From Anthoceros angustus (lineage: Eukaryota > Plantae > Anthocerotophyta), in contig VJWM01000182.1 of the NCBI GenBank assembly GCA_010909165.1, forward strand, positions 1 to 64,000: 64,000 nt of DNA. Direction: 5' to 3'. Position numbers and translations under genes: made by a program. The notes under the pieces were generated by a model. The model did no database searches and was not told the DNA's origin. It was given only the letters and a program-made list of their open reading frames with translations. Below are positions 22,950 through 34,624 of the stretch, one piece after another. Each line of letters begins with the position of its first letter. Positions within the stretch are counted from its first letter, which is position 1.

Positions 22950-23886
22950 TTCCGCCTGCCACCTCCTTCGCGAAAAAAACCGGATGCCCTCGCTTATGGG
23001 GTTTGGTTGTCAATTCTTCCTCATCATTGGGGAAAACCTCATGCCACATTGTCAGATTGATCAATGAAAATGGTGCTCCTTTGCTCACGATGGTGGCGAT
23101 GCAATTGCGGCCTTCGATAATCTTTGCCAATATACCTCACTTGTTCCGGGCACCCATCTATTACCCACTCCCCTCTCTCCGTGAAAAGGTCATAAAGCAG
23201 AACAATAAGCCCTATTGGTTTCTGGTAAGGGCATACAACATGTCCATCGTTTGACACATTGAAGTTTCTTCACGTGGATGTCTAATGAAAGCGGGCATGG
23301 CTCCAATCTCCTAGCACCTTTGTTGCCAGCGCCTTTGCATTTCCTCATATCTTGTGGGGTGGACACCATACCCTCTTGTAAAGTACTCGCAGTTCTCATA
23401 TAGACCTTCCTCCGCAATCAAATTATCTTTCTCCCACACCATGGTATACACACCTCCGCGCTCATACCATTTACGCAGCGCATTCTGAACATCCTGCATC
23501 TGATCTGGACCATGCATAAATATCACTCGAAAGGTTTTGCAGTCCGTTACTGTCATGAACCCATCCATGATTTTTTCATAATCTTCGGATGTCATCTCCT
23601 GATCCCAGGATTCTGCCACATTCCCTCTTGGCAAATCAACAACCAGCAGTTTGTATTCCCGCTTTCCAAGATAGCCGCCATTTTGAATATCACCGATAAT
23701 TACTTGGTACCTGACTTTCTGTTTGCTTTTTGGGACTTGGAACATGGATAGTTTAGCATCATTGTCCTCCTCTGCTAATTATCTCTGAAGGTCTTCCACC
23801 CTCTTCCAGTTCCTTGCTGCGTTGATATGCTCTTTGAAGCTATCTGGAATGACCTTTTCTTTGTACTCTTCTGCCTGCTTCAGAGT
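22950..23886 (-). CDS. Beta-class N6A/N4C DNA methyltransferase domain (3' exon of the transposon cargo gene), frameshifted as assembled
   Basis: Acceptor TTTTTTGGTGCTCGCAG at 23887. Motifs in order: QVIIGDI, YKLLVVDLPRG..WD (motif IV-like), VWEKDN, ENCEYF, VCPYQKPIGLIVLLYDLFTERGEWVIDGC.GT (X-I), GRNCIA. The tail EEELTTKPH matches EEELNHKPH of the 15.8-kb copy. Confidence 0.8.
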
Positions 23887-23949
23887 CTGCGAGCACCAAA
23901 AAAGCATTGTGAAATTTGACGTTGATGGGGGATGCGCAAACAAGTGAGG

Positions 23950-24560
23950 CAATGGCATGGAATTGGCAGTAGAAGTCATTCGGATCTTGCGGGAAGTGTA
24001 GGCGACTTACCCATCCTGTTGGTATGTGCTCGAAAATGTGTGTGGTGCTTTCGACAAACGTGAGTATGTCAGGAAACAATATGGGCAACTCAGAAGCTGG
24101 CTGGGGGAGGAGTTTATTTGGATGCCGTGCAGACCGGCTCATACGTGCATCGGGTGCGAAGCTTCTGGACAAATGTGAGCAGTGTGACAGCCCTAAGGCA
24201 TCATCGGCAGTTGACGACACTAGAACAGCGCTATGTAGATGACATCTTGGGTCCAGGATGACGTTCACAACAAGTGCGCAAGGGAGATAAGTTACCCCAC
24301 TACCCAGTGAACGTGGTGGGAAAACCAAGAAGGGCATGGCCCACGCTCGTCAAGACCGTGCAGTCCTATGCGTTTAGGAAAGGAGGAGAAGGCATGGTGC
24401 TAAAAACGAAAGGAAATGAAGTAGGGGAGCCTACAATAACAGAGCAAGAACGGGCCATGGGATTTGGCACATGTGGCACTCACACGGCTGGTGTGTCTGA
24501 ATCATTCCGGTGCAGGTTGATCGGGCAAGCCTTCGACATGACTTTATGCGATGGCTGGTA
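23950..24560 (+). CDS. DNMT3-like C5-cytosine methyltransferase domain (C-terminal half) within gypsy pol
   Basis: EVIRILRE..WYVLENV (motif VI), YLDAVQTGSYVHRVRSFWTN (VIII), EPTITEQERAMGF..GT..GVSESFRCRLIGQAFD..MRWL (IX-X). It runs into the RT-containing ORF. Motifs I and IV lie beyond the breakpoint at ~23915. Confidence 0.8.
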
Positions 24561-27244
24561 AATGCAGGCTTGGCCATAGAGATGGCCGTGTATCGAAAGG
24601 ATGGCAAGGGGCATCTGCTGATATGTGACGAAGAAGGTGAACCTACACCTGCACCCGAGAAACAAGAACATGCCGCCAATACGGCAGTGTCTGTTTCTTC
24701 GTCGCGGGGGGAAGACCATGAGAATCCGATCGATGATTGGCAAATCTGTGAAGACTTGCAACCGGCTGAGCAGCAAAAGATCCGGGACATGTTACATAGA
24801 AATCGAGGCACCTTGCGTTCAGTTGGGGCCGAGTTGGGGCGGTATGATCGCATCAAGTTCAAGATTACCACTACCACCAATGAACCTGTGTTTCGAAGAA
24901 GACACAAATTGAGTCCCATGGAATGGGATATCGTAGACAAGCGGTGCAAGGAGCTGGCTGCGGTTGGGCTGATTAGGAAGTCGACCTCGCAATATGCTGC
25001 AGCTACCGTGTTGCCACTCAAGAAGGATGAACATGGGGAGTGGAAGGATAGGAGAATGTGTGGAGATTATCGAGCCTTGAATGAAATAACGCCCATGGAA
25101 CGGTATCCCATGCCCACTCCTGACGAGATCTTTGACGCCATTGGAGAGGCCAAATACTTCACCACACTTGATTTTCGATCTGGGTTCAATCAGATTGTGA
25201 TTGAAGAGAAGGACAAGTGCAAGACAGCGTTTTGGGGCAAAGAGCAGCTGTGGGAGTGGGAAACCATGCCATTCGGTTTGAAGAATGCATCCATATATTT
25301 TCAACGAGTGGCTGACTTGGAACTGCAAGGACTATCAGTTGTCAAGTGCTACATTGATGACATTCTGGTGTTCAGCAATAGTCTGGAGGAACACCTTGAG
25401 CACTTAGAAGTCGCTGCTGACGGCCTCTGGTGAAGACCCATCCCGAAATGTAAGTTCGTCTGAGGAGATAGAGTACTTGGGGCATAAGATTGTACCGGGG
25501 GGAGTGCTGCCACAGTTGGCCAAAGTGCAGGTGGTGAGTCTCATGCCTAGACCTAAAGATGTAGGCATACGAGGCGTTCTTGGGGTTGGTGAACTACTAT
25601 CATCGGTTTATAAGAAACATGAGCAGAACCTACAAGCCGTTGTACGAGTTACTCAAGAAGGAAGCCCATTGGCACTGGGAGCAGGAGCAGGAGCAAGCGT
25701 GGTAGGAGTTAAAGGAGCAATTGGCAGAGAGGCCAATGCTTAAAAGGCCCAATTTCGACAAGCCCTTCGTCTTGTATACGGATTGGAGTGCAGTAGGCAT
25801 TGGAGCCGTGCTTGCACAAGTAGATGAGGAAGGGAAAGAGCGGGTCGTCGCCTACGCGAGCAGATCTAACAACACTGCGGAGGCCAATTACTCGTCTTAT
25901 GAAGGAGAGTGTCTAGCTGCTGTGTAGGCGGTTCTGCATTTCAGAGTATACCTATTTGGCCGAAGCTTTCAGTTAGTCACGGATCATCAGCCACTACACT
26001 GGCTGATGACCAACATGAAGCTGAGTGGGAAGCTTGCTAGATGGGTTTTGCTGCTGTCAGAATACGACATGCAGATTGTACACCGGGCAGGAAAGGTGCA
26101 TCTCAATGCCGATGGGCTCAGTAGGAGCCCGATGTGTGGGGCAGGAGACACCACTGGGGCCAGACAAGACTTCGGGTCTACTCAGCACGTGCCCAGTGTG
26201 TACCTGACATTGATGTCCATAGAACCAGGCAGCGAACAGCAGCCATCAGAAGGTGGTTGAGACATATGGAAACTCGAGCATGCCATTCAGTTGTTGAGGG
26301 ATGGGCGTGTAGCTGGTTTGGACGCAATGGCTCTCCAGAAGCTGCAGCGAAGGATCGCTTGCTATACGTACAAGGACGGTAAGGTGTTTGTGGTTGATCG
26401 ACGGGTGAGCAAGGAGGTGCCACCCGTGGAAGAAAGAAAACCATTAGTGACCAAGGTGCATAAGGCCATTGGGCACTTTGGTGTCAGCGAGCACCACATG
26501 TTGAAGAATGCATATACGGTCGGTATGTATGCGATGTGGAGCAGTGGTATCGCGGCGCATGCATGCGATGCGATGAAGGCAAGGTTTACTTGACCATGAT
26601 GTGGTGTTACATTCTTTGCCTATCGAGGATTGTTTTTTGAGATGGTCCGTTGATCTGATGCCTGAACTCCTAGCAACAAGACAGGGCAACAAACACTGCA
26701 TGTTGATGATATAGCACTTTTCAAAGTGGGTGGAGTTGGCTTTTCTTCCGGTCAGAAGCTCCAAGTATCTTGCCGGGCATTCCTGATGTGTTCTTAGCGG
26801 TATGGGGAGAAATGCGGTCTTGTGGACCAAGTCAACAAGTTTCGTGGTGAATTCCAAGCATTGTTGGACCGAAGTCTGATAGACCACCGCCACACCTCCC
26901 GGGATCATCCTCAAGCTGACAGGTTGGCTGAACGGTTAGTACAAACTTTCAAGGATTCTCTTCGCAAGTACTGCACTGAGGTTGAACCCGATTGCTGGGA
27001 TGAGTTATTGCCATATGTGGCATTGGGATATAGGATCGGTGTCTGGGCAGCCTTTGAACCAACTTATATATTACATCATGTTTGGACGGAATCTTGTGAT
27101 GTCAAATATTGTGGCGGACACCTATTTTTCAGCATGTCTCCATGCACAAGTAGATTGGGCACAGTCGAGGAGAGTGCCTCTTGGAGTTGCAAAACCGAGC
27201 CAATTTGTTTGATAATCCCAATGGCAATGGACAACTTGGCAATT
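24510..27244 (+). mobile_element. Ty3/gypsy pol: RT-RNaseH-integrase, ending at the transposon insertion site
   Basis: RRMCGDYRALN, YFTTLDFRSGFNQI, MPFGLKNA, CYIDDILVFS, LYTDWSAVGIGAVL, YSSYEGECLA, GHFG, RWSVDL, HPQADRLAERLVQT; ends PMAMDNLAI. Confidence 0.93.
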
Positions 27245-27619
27245 CTGATCTGGGTAAAGGGGTTTCTCCGGCAATAAGGGTTTAGGCAAAAGTCCGTCTT
27301 TTCTTAAAAAGCATGAGGATGTTTTCTGGTTTTTAGCATGTGCACTCGGCTTGGAATAGAGTGATCAATTCCAGGGTGCCCCGTTCTGCATGTTTTGGCC
27401 GTGTCTCCATGCACAAGTAAATGAGCCATTTAAGAAGGTGTAAATGAAATGAAATATGTGTTTTGATAGGTTTTCAGCATGTCTCCATGTCATCAAAGCG
27501 TGGGGTTTGCTCGGCTTGCCTCCGGATATGAGTCGTGCTCCGTTCCTGCGGAGAATTATATAGAATCATGAAGCTTGCAAATCAAGCGCGCAATGCAAAA
27601 TCGCTATTTTTCAAATATA

Positions 27620-30600
27620 GGTGCTACTCCTTTGGTGGTGTCTGAAGATCATCTCTTCCATCTACCATTAGGGATCGCAATTATAGAGGACAAACCCGGC
27701 CTTTCTGCTTTTTTTCCTTCTAGTCCGTCGGACGCTGGTTGGGAGCTCTCTTCAAACATGCCTTCTGTAGGATCTCCAATACCTCGTCCGTGTCCATCTA
27801 CAATTGGTCGAACTAATGCTTTGGCGGCATGGACTCGCGGATCATCCTCAACTCGAACATGGTCTTGGGTTTTAATATCATTGACCATGTATTATAAACG
27901 TTTCTCCTCGCCTCAAGGTGGTGGTGGGCCCTTGTCGTTATTCGACTTCGCACTTTGCATATGGTGGAGTTCAAATAGCTTGGTCTTTATGAGCTCTTGG
28001 GTTCTCACATAAGCGTGCTCTCTCGCGTCGGGGCAAATCCATATGAAAGAATAAAGGTCTCCGACACAAAGGCGATCGAGATGCTTGGACGCTTCCGCCT
28101 TTGGCGTAGAGCATTCTTGTCCACTTAGTTGGGTGGCAAAATCTCTTGGTATATAACGACCTTCAAATGCATTGTTGTTCTCCGTTACCCACCATTGCCG
28201 CGACGGTCGTTCGTCACGAAATCTAGGTTCTCCACCTCGCAACCCAAAAGGCTGTTTTTCGCCTCACATGCAGCGGCAATCATATGGCCCTGGATCTCGA
28301 CCACATCTCCGTCTAATACTTTCCTTGCCCTTGCTCCCTTGGATATAATTACCAAGGTACATATGCAGGCCCTCGTTCCTTGATCTGGACCGGAGAAGCG
28401 ACATCGGAAGGATGGTATCGCTATTTCGCTCTACCGATTGTACCCTTTGCCATGGTATCTCTAGCTCATGATCGGCTCCACTGGAGATTTTTTCGTCGAG
28501 CTTGTGACTCCCAAAAGCCGTTCCACCATACCTTGTCGGCCTTTGGTACTACGCATCGGCTCTTGAGTGCCTTCGATGCCCTCAATGATCTATGAGGTTG
28601 GGATGCGAGCTTTCCCATGTACTTAGTGTAGTGCAGGTGCCCACGGATGGGGTTTACGGGATGAGGCGAAGAAACTCAAGTCCCTCGTCGGGTTCCCAGT
28701 GAGGCGTGGTTGATAATATTGCATGACACTACAACCATTACCCGCTGCGCGTTCTTCTCGTGATTTTAAATTGATGTTGATAATATGGTTGTTCAAGCGT
28801 CCAAGCTGCAGCATCCGTGCCCCTTTTACCCATCGAAGGCCATACATACCTTGAAATCCATAACGGTAATCACTTTCCATACGGATTTGGGGTATCGCTT
28901 GTTCAATAAGCGTCATCGAGTTAGTAGCGACATGCCTTCTTATGCCTTAGACTTTTTGAAAAACAAGAGAACATTTGATCCAGAATCATGGGTGTGCCCG
29001 AGAAGGAATCAACTTTAACCTTCGAATACCGCTTCTTCACCAGCATACTCGGATATGCAAACAACGGCATATTCTTGTTCTCCAGCGGTGTTGTCAATTG
29101 AAGGTAAAGGTCTTTGGCAAGACACGTCATAGTTGAGTATAATATCTTGAATAATATGTATCGTCGAGTTGGCATCATTGCGGATGTTCGGATAGTTGAC
29201 ATACACCCCGTCTTCATCACATTATTGTATACCAAACAACCAACAACATGAACACGAATTAACCCATCGAAATCTTTTGGAGGCCCGTGTCGGGAGCTCT
29301 GTCTTGCTCTGGTCCATTCCATCTATGGCAATTCAATATATCGGTGTTGTCCCGCCAGATGCTTCGCTAGCTTGATCGCTCTTGTTTTAAGCGAACTCGA
29401 CCGCGATTCGCTCTCAAAGCGTTACGCCAAGGAACCATGATGTGAGATTCTTATATTGCATAGAGCATAAGTGCGCAGATTGGGGCTCCACTCGCGAGGC
29501 GCGCACTTTGCGTCTGCGCAGCGCCGATCGGCATGTCGCGCGCGCGCAAGCGCGGCCTTGCGCTGCACGCTGCGGCCGGCGCCTTTGGCGGGGCACTCCT
29601 CTGCATGCCGTCGTGCACTCCCTCTGTCTTGGCCAAGTCGCGCACTCCCTCGCTGCGCACACTTGAGTCCTTACACTTGGACCTACCTTGATCTCGTCGA
29701 TCGTGTCCCGATATGTCTTGATAGTTTTGCGTACACATTTGGAAGCGGCACGGGATCTTGACATTTGGGAAGTGCATCTTCGCATAAAATGAGAGTGAGA
29801 TCGTTTGACATCCGTGCCACCTCCGTTTGTAGTCTTGGAAGATCTCTCCCTTTATAGGGTCGGCGGGTTGAACAACGCGTTGGCATGCGCTCTGCGGATA
29901 TCTTGAAAAATTGGTCCATCAAGCAATGCATTCTAGCACATGGTCTTGCTTTGGACGGGCTTGGACCTTCATTCTGACCATGGTGTGTTAGGACAACCAC
30001 ATTGTCGGATCGTGATACCTTCTCCATCAATGCAGAACACCTTGCGAAAACTTGAACACAACATTGCGTTCGAGGTCTCGGAGGTAGGTTTGATCACCTT
30101 TGGGATAGACTTGAACTACCTCAAGCGGACTTTCCAAATCTGATTCTTGTTGCTCTCGACCCATTCCCAAGCGATACCGGGTTTTCTATATGTTTCCTTC
30201 CAACTTTCGGCAAACATCCTTTGCTACAACAATCACGACCATGCACTCTGAACACTCATTGGAGCACAACCTTTGAGCACGCTTCCGTCTGGGATATTGC
30301 CGGCGTTTTGAGGCGGCACGCATGAAAGTCTCAAACAAAGCTTTGGGATTGAAGTTTGCTTAAAGTCCTCCAAAATCATCGTGATGTAGCAATCTTCGAT
30401 GGAAAATGGAAACGTCTTGGTGTCGCGAGAATGGCCGCGCCGTCAAAACCTCTTCTTTGGCTGTGAGCCCGTCACAGCCACTTCCATGTTAGGGATCTTG
30501 TCCAAGGTTAGGCCTTGGAGAAGAACTTCGTCATTCTCTAATGGAGTCGTATCCATGACCATTACCCGTTTTGGAATAAGCATCGGTATCAGTTTTCATA

Positions 30601-30750
30601 AAAGCGACACTGTCGATGTCCGATACTCTGCCCTCTTGAGGCGATTTGAAACTCCTCTACATTCAGCGTCGAATGCCAGCTTTCTCCCGATTACGCCGTA
30701 TTTGGAGGAGTCACTGCATTGCGGATATCTTTGGATCAAAGTATCCACAT
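27620..30750 (-). pseudogene. Sola-like DDD transposase, frameshifted as assembled
   Basis: CCSKGCLP, FCIGWRRY, WMDQFFKISAERMPN, (I)DGMDQSKT, RVHVVGCLV, LYLQLDNTA.ENKN, FL.GHTHD..DQMFSCFS; reconstructed across frames and against the second copy. Confidence 0.8.
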
Positions 30751-30900
30751 GGTGTGAGGCGAGAATGTGAAAAGGATAGTGGCCCGTAATCTAAACGTTC
30801 AAATTAGGGGACTTCATGGTTGGACATGATGGCGGCCGCCACAAAATAAACTCTCATAGCGGCAACCCGGCCGGGTGAAGTTTAGTAAACCCTAGGTTCT

Positions 30901-32185
30901 TGTGGGCGACTTTTCTTAACCCGGGCGCGCGATCCGTGTCGTTGTAGAGGATTCGTTCCACAATGGACTCGTGCTTGATACACGAGCTCTACAACCCGCT
31001 GAGCGGACTTCATCATGTTTGGTCCGGCTCCACAACCAAGTTTATGCCCCTCCACAACTCGTCGGACGAGGCCATGCACCGGACCTTCCACAAACCGCCG
31101 GGTTTCTCCGGTACCAGAGCGAGGTTTAGCGGCGCTTTCCTCGAAATCTCGTACTCTAGCGCCCGGCGCTCCTCAACTCTGCCCAGCCACAACTCACCTC
31201 GTCACCACGCCCGCCGCCCTCCTGCCATCCCGGCTAGTAGTCACAACACCAACACGCCCGATGTATTCGCACCGGGCCTTTGCCCCGTGCTTCACATTGA
31301 AGAATGTGGTGCTTTGCAACTCCACAACCTGGTTCAGCCTCGAGGGGATGGTTTCCACCGGAGTCACCCCAGCTAATCCCTTGGGCCTTCACGTTTTGCG
31401 GAAGCTTGAGCTGCAACCCCACGGCCTCGTTCCGGCTGACCTCGAGTTATCTCACACGGAAAATCACCCTCGACACCTCCTCGTAGCAGTCGAGTCCAGT
31501 CCGCACGCATCAGCGTGTTGGCGGAGCTCGTCACGAAACTCTCAACACATCCCTCTACCACCAATTAATCACCTTGCGGTGGCCTTGAACCTCCGCTCCT
31601 CGAACACGGAAGGCGAGAGCACACTGAGTGCACGATGAGCCACAAGGGATAGTCGCGGTCTAGGCGCCTATATGCCCACACACCTAATCTAACCCGCTAT
31701 GTATGTACCCTAACCACAGGTACGTAGTAACTAGCCAAAAGCTCATCATTCCATCGGACTTCGTCCACCAGTTGCTTCCCATGCGGCGATCCGTTCGAAC
31801 CATACCATCGGACTAACCCGCGGCGGACCACATCCGGACTAAGCCACTGACGAGACTCCATCGGACTAAACGCCCGGCCGGTTTCTCCGTCGAGCCTCGG
31901 CGGACTTACTCCGTCGAGCATGGCTCGGACTTACTCGTCGAGCGCGCTCGGCGGACTTACTCCGTCGAGCCGCTCGGCGGACTTACTCCGTCGAGCGCCG
32001 CTCGGCGGACCACTCGATCGGACCCGCCCGACGGACCTAGGGTCTAGGGATTGCACACTAAGTGCAATCGGCCAAAAGCCAACCTTATTGGCTAACTCCT
32101 CCTATCCCTCTTAGCAGTGGTGACGAAAAAAGCGAAACAAGACTAAAACAAGTCGCCGAGTACGGACGCCAGTTGGCACTCCACA
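30901..32185. mobile_element. Solo-LTR-like insertion, ~1.3 kb
   Basis: Termini TGTGG...CCACA. Shares the terminal GCGACTTT..GATCCGTGTCGTTGTAG with the LTR at 42633. Contains ~25-bp CTCGGCGGACTTACTCCGTCGAGC repeats at 31890-32010. No clear TSD. Confidence 0.6.
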
Positions 32186-32509
32186 TATCATAACCCTTGG
32201 TTAAAAACTTCGAGTTGGTAGTGTAGTCAATTAACCATGGTTGCATCTTAGCAGGGCATCCTAAAAGCAGGAAGAGCCGTTTTTAGGGTTAAACTGAGTT
32301 ATGGGCGCGGTGCGCGGTTGATGTTTCCTCGGCGTTTGCGGTCCAATTGCGGGATTATGCAGGTTGTGTGGCTGCTAAAGGCAATCGATTGGGCCTTGGG
32401 AGGCGCGACCAGTTCCAGTGAGCAGGCGGATCCACGGGCGCCTCGGAATTTCGATGGGGATCCGGTGATCGATATGCTCTTAGGAATTTTTCTGCGAGAG
32501 GATTGTAGA

Positions 32510-33000
32510 GCCCATGTGGGCGAGGATGCCATGGGCGCGCTGGCGGGCTGAGACGCCATGGAGGCGCGCGAGGGCACGCTAAGGCGCCGGATGGGCTTGC
32601 TTGTGGGCGCCGGATGGGCTTGCTTGGCGCCGGATGGGCTTGCTTGTGGGCGCCCACATGGGCTTGTGAGGCGCCCATGGGAAACTGCTTGTGGGCGCCC
32701 ACATGGGCTGTGGGCGCCCATGGGAGCAGGCGCCCATGGGCTTGTGGGCGCCCACATGGGCTTGTGGGCGCCCACATGTTTCTGTGGGCGCCACATGGGC
32801 TTGCTTGTGAGCCCACAGGCTTCTTGTGAGGCCACATGGGCTTGTGGGCGCCCACATGGGCTTCTTGGGCGCCCATGGGCTTGTGGGCGCCCACGTGGGC
32901 TGCTGTGGGCGCCCATGGGGCCTTGTGGGCGCCCACATGGGCTCTTGTGGGCGCCCACATGGGCTTGTGGGCGCCCACAGCAAACTTTAACATGGCGCCA
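32510..33000. repeat. GC-rich palindromic minisatellite (~20-bp unit ATGGGCTTGTGGGCGCCCAC)
   Basis: About 20 imperfect units; the core TGTGGGCGCCCACA is self-complementary. Confidence 0.9.
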
Positions 33001-33065
33001 CAAGCACAAGGCGTGCCCTCGAACGCCTACGCCAGGCTTCACGCAGGCGCTTCGCCGGTTCTTGT

Positions 33066-33818
33066 CACTACTAGGAAAGCGGGTCTTTACAGCGGAAATT
33101 ACAGCGGCATTACTCGACTTTCGTGGAAGTCGGTTGTAAAACCCTCAAGTAATAAACACACCTTAGTAATGTCGGTAGTAAATATTCATACTAATTATCG
33201 ATGGCTATACATGTTATATCACGGTATTGTCTGGTATCGTTATGCGACTTAGCGGATGGTCGTATATTGGTTAACCTTTAGCGCCTTTACTACGGACAAT
33301 ACTACGATGCACCTAGCGCGTTTTACAACTTCACTAACCATAGTTAATATATTATAGTTAAGTAATCAAGGTTACTTGACTATGGTTTACTAACTAGGAT
33401 TAAGTAGCTGTTGTTACATAACCCCATCTTGATTGGTGTTATCACGGTTAATTAAACTCAATGGTCTCTGTAAAGGCGTACCTTGTTGTAAATGTCGGGT
33501 TGTCAAGGTGCGGTCCTTTGCGGACTTTTAAACCTTGATGTAAAGGGGGTCGTTGTAAATGTTAAACTTTACAACGACCCCTGTGTAAGGAACCAGTTGT
33601 AAAGGGTTAGTAAAGAGCTATCCCTTTACAGCGACCCTGTTGTAATGGAACCTCGTTGTAAAGAAATGGGTTTAGGATTAGGGTCCTTTGTAAAAGTATT
33701 GTGTGTGAACTAAAACCCGATTCGATGTAAATCTCGGAGTCTCTTGTATAAACATCCACCTCGGCACCCAAAACATCACCTCGACCCCCACTAGGACCGA
33801 CCGCCACAATCCATCTTG
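33066..33818 (+). mobile_element. CACTA-type transposon end with subterminal repeats
   Basis: Begins CACTACTAGGAAAG. Many (GTC)GTTGTAAA/TTTACAAC motifs in both orientations, including the hairpin GGGGTCGTTGTAAA-N8-TTTACAACGACCCC at 33546-33581. Confidence 0.7.
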
Positions 33819-34624
33819 TGTGGCGCGACTTTGTTGTGGTAGGCGCGCCTGATCCGTGTCGTTGTAGTAAGTCAGTTCAGAGAATGATAGCTCCGTTTGC
33901 AGCGTTAGGCCGATCCCTTGCGTCCGGCTCAACTTTAACACACATCGTCGTTTCGTCTAACTACTCCGCGTTCGAGCAGGCCGGTGTGGCCAAGCGTTTA
34001 AGGACCGTTTGCGTCCGTATCGTTCGCCGTCACTCGTCCTTTAGTCCGTTCCTCTCATCACTCTCACTCGCTCATCAACCTTGGAAAGAGCATGAAGTAG
34101 CTACGGTCCGGACCTCCTCCGTTGCTCAGCGGGCCTCTCGTCGGGCTCTGCGCCCTCCGGAGTTCCTCCGGCTCACACGTTCGGTCCGCTCGATCTTTGG
34201 GCGGCTGCTGGGCGAACACGGGTCCCATCGCTCTTCCTGCACACACCACCACGTTAGGGTCCGTCACGGGACCTTGATCGATCTCTCGGGGCATCGTGCA
34301 CCTTTCGATGACTCGGGACTCACGTTAGCGAAGACACACAGGTGCAAGCAGCGGCATCAACACCAAGAAGATGATTTATTCAGCCTCGGCCCTCTTATAC
34401 TCGCCCAAGTCGGCGTCTTTATTACACCCTATTATGGTGGCCAGCTCGATGCCCTAATCGACCGCCTACCATCCTATTCCTCCCCTCCTATCTCCTTTCG
34501 GTGGTGGGCACAGGAAGGTCACAGGTTCCGTCTCGGATTGGTGGTCAATCTCCCGTCGGCAGTTGCGGCGCGCAATCGGATGATCGCGGGACCCCTTCCT
34601 CTTCCGGAATCACAGCGGGTTGGG
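33819..34624 (-). mobile_element. Truncated copy of the LTR at 42633-46821
   Basis: Appears identical to 42633-43438 (offset 8814). Confidence 0.8.

Larger units (their letters stand above)
27245..33065. mobile_element. Sola1-like DNA transposon subfamily A, transposase-side arm (TIR at 27245), interrupted by a solo LTR and cut by a CACTA-type insertion
   Basis: AATT followed by a degenerate TIR (TCTGGGTAAAGGGGTTTCTCCGG), then a minus-strand transposase pointing toward the TIR. Confidence 0.75.

Noticed and set aside
15855-23886. MTases as bacterial contamination or a restriction-modification operon
   Set aside because: They show spliceosomal acceptor/donor signals and an NLS-like basic tract, are linked to eukaryotic TIR/transposase sequence, are contiguous with RIC1, and no endonuclease is visible.
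27620-30750. Transposase as CACTA, hAT, MULE or KDZ type
   Set aside because: The DGMDQ / DNTxRENKN / GHTHD motifs and 4-bp AATT TSD fit Sola better. The nearby CACTA end appears to be a separate insertion.
30890-32195. Target-site duplication around the solo LTR
   Set aside because: The flanks do not match in either copy.
31890-33000. Repeat arrays as a CRISPR locus
   Set aside because: Units are contiguous with no unique spacers, there are no cas genes, and the context is eukaryotic.
32299-33252. Long WAPT/GRPQ/VGAH-repeat ORFs (also 41124-42066)
   Set aside because: Open in most frames on both strands because the palindromic minisatellite lacks stop codons; not evidence of genes.
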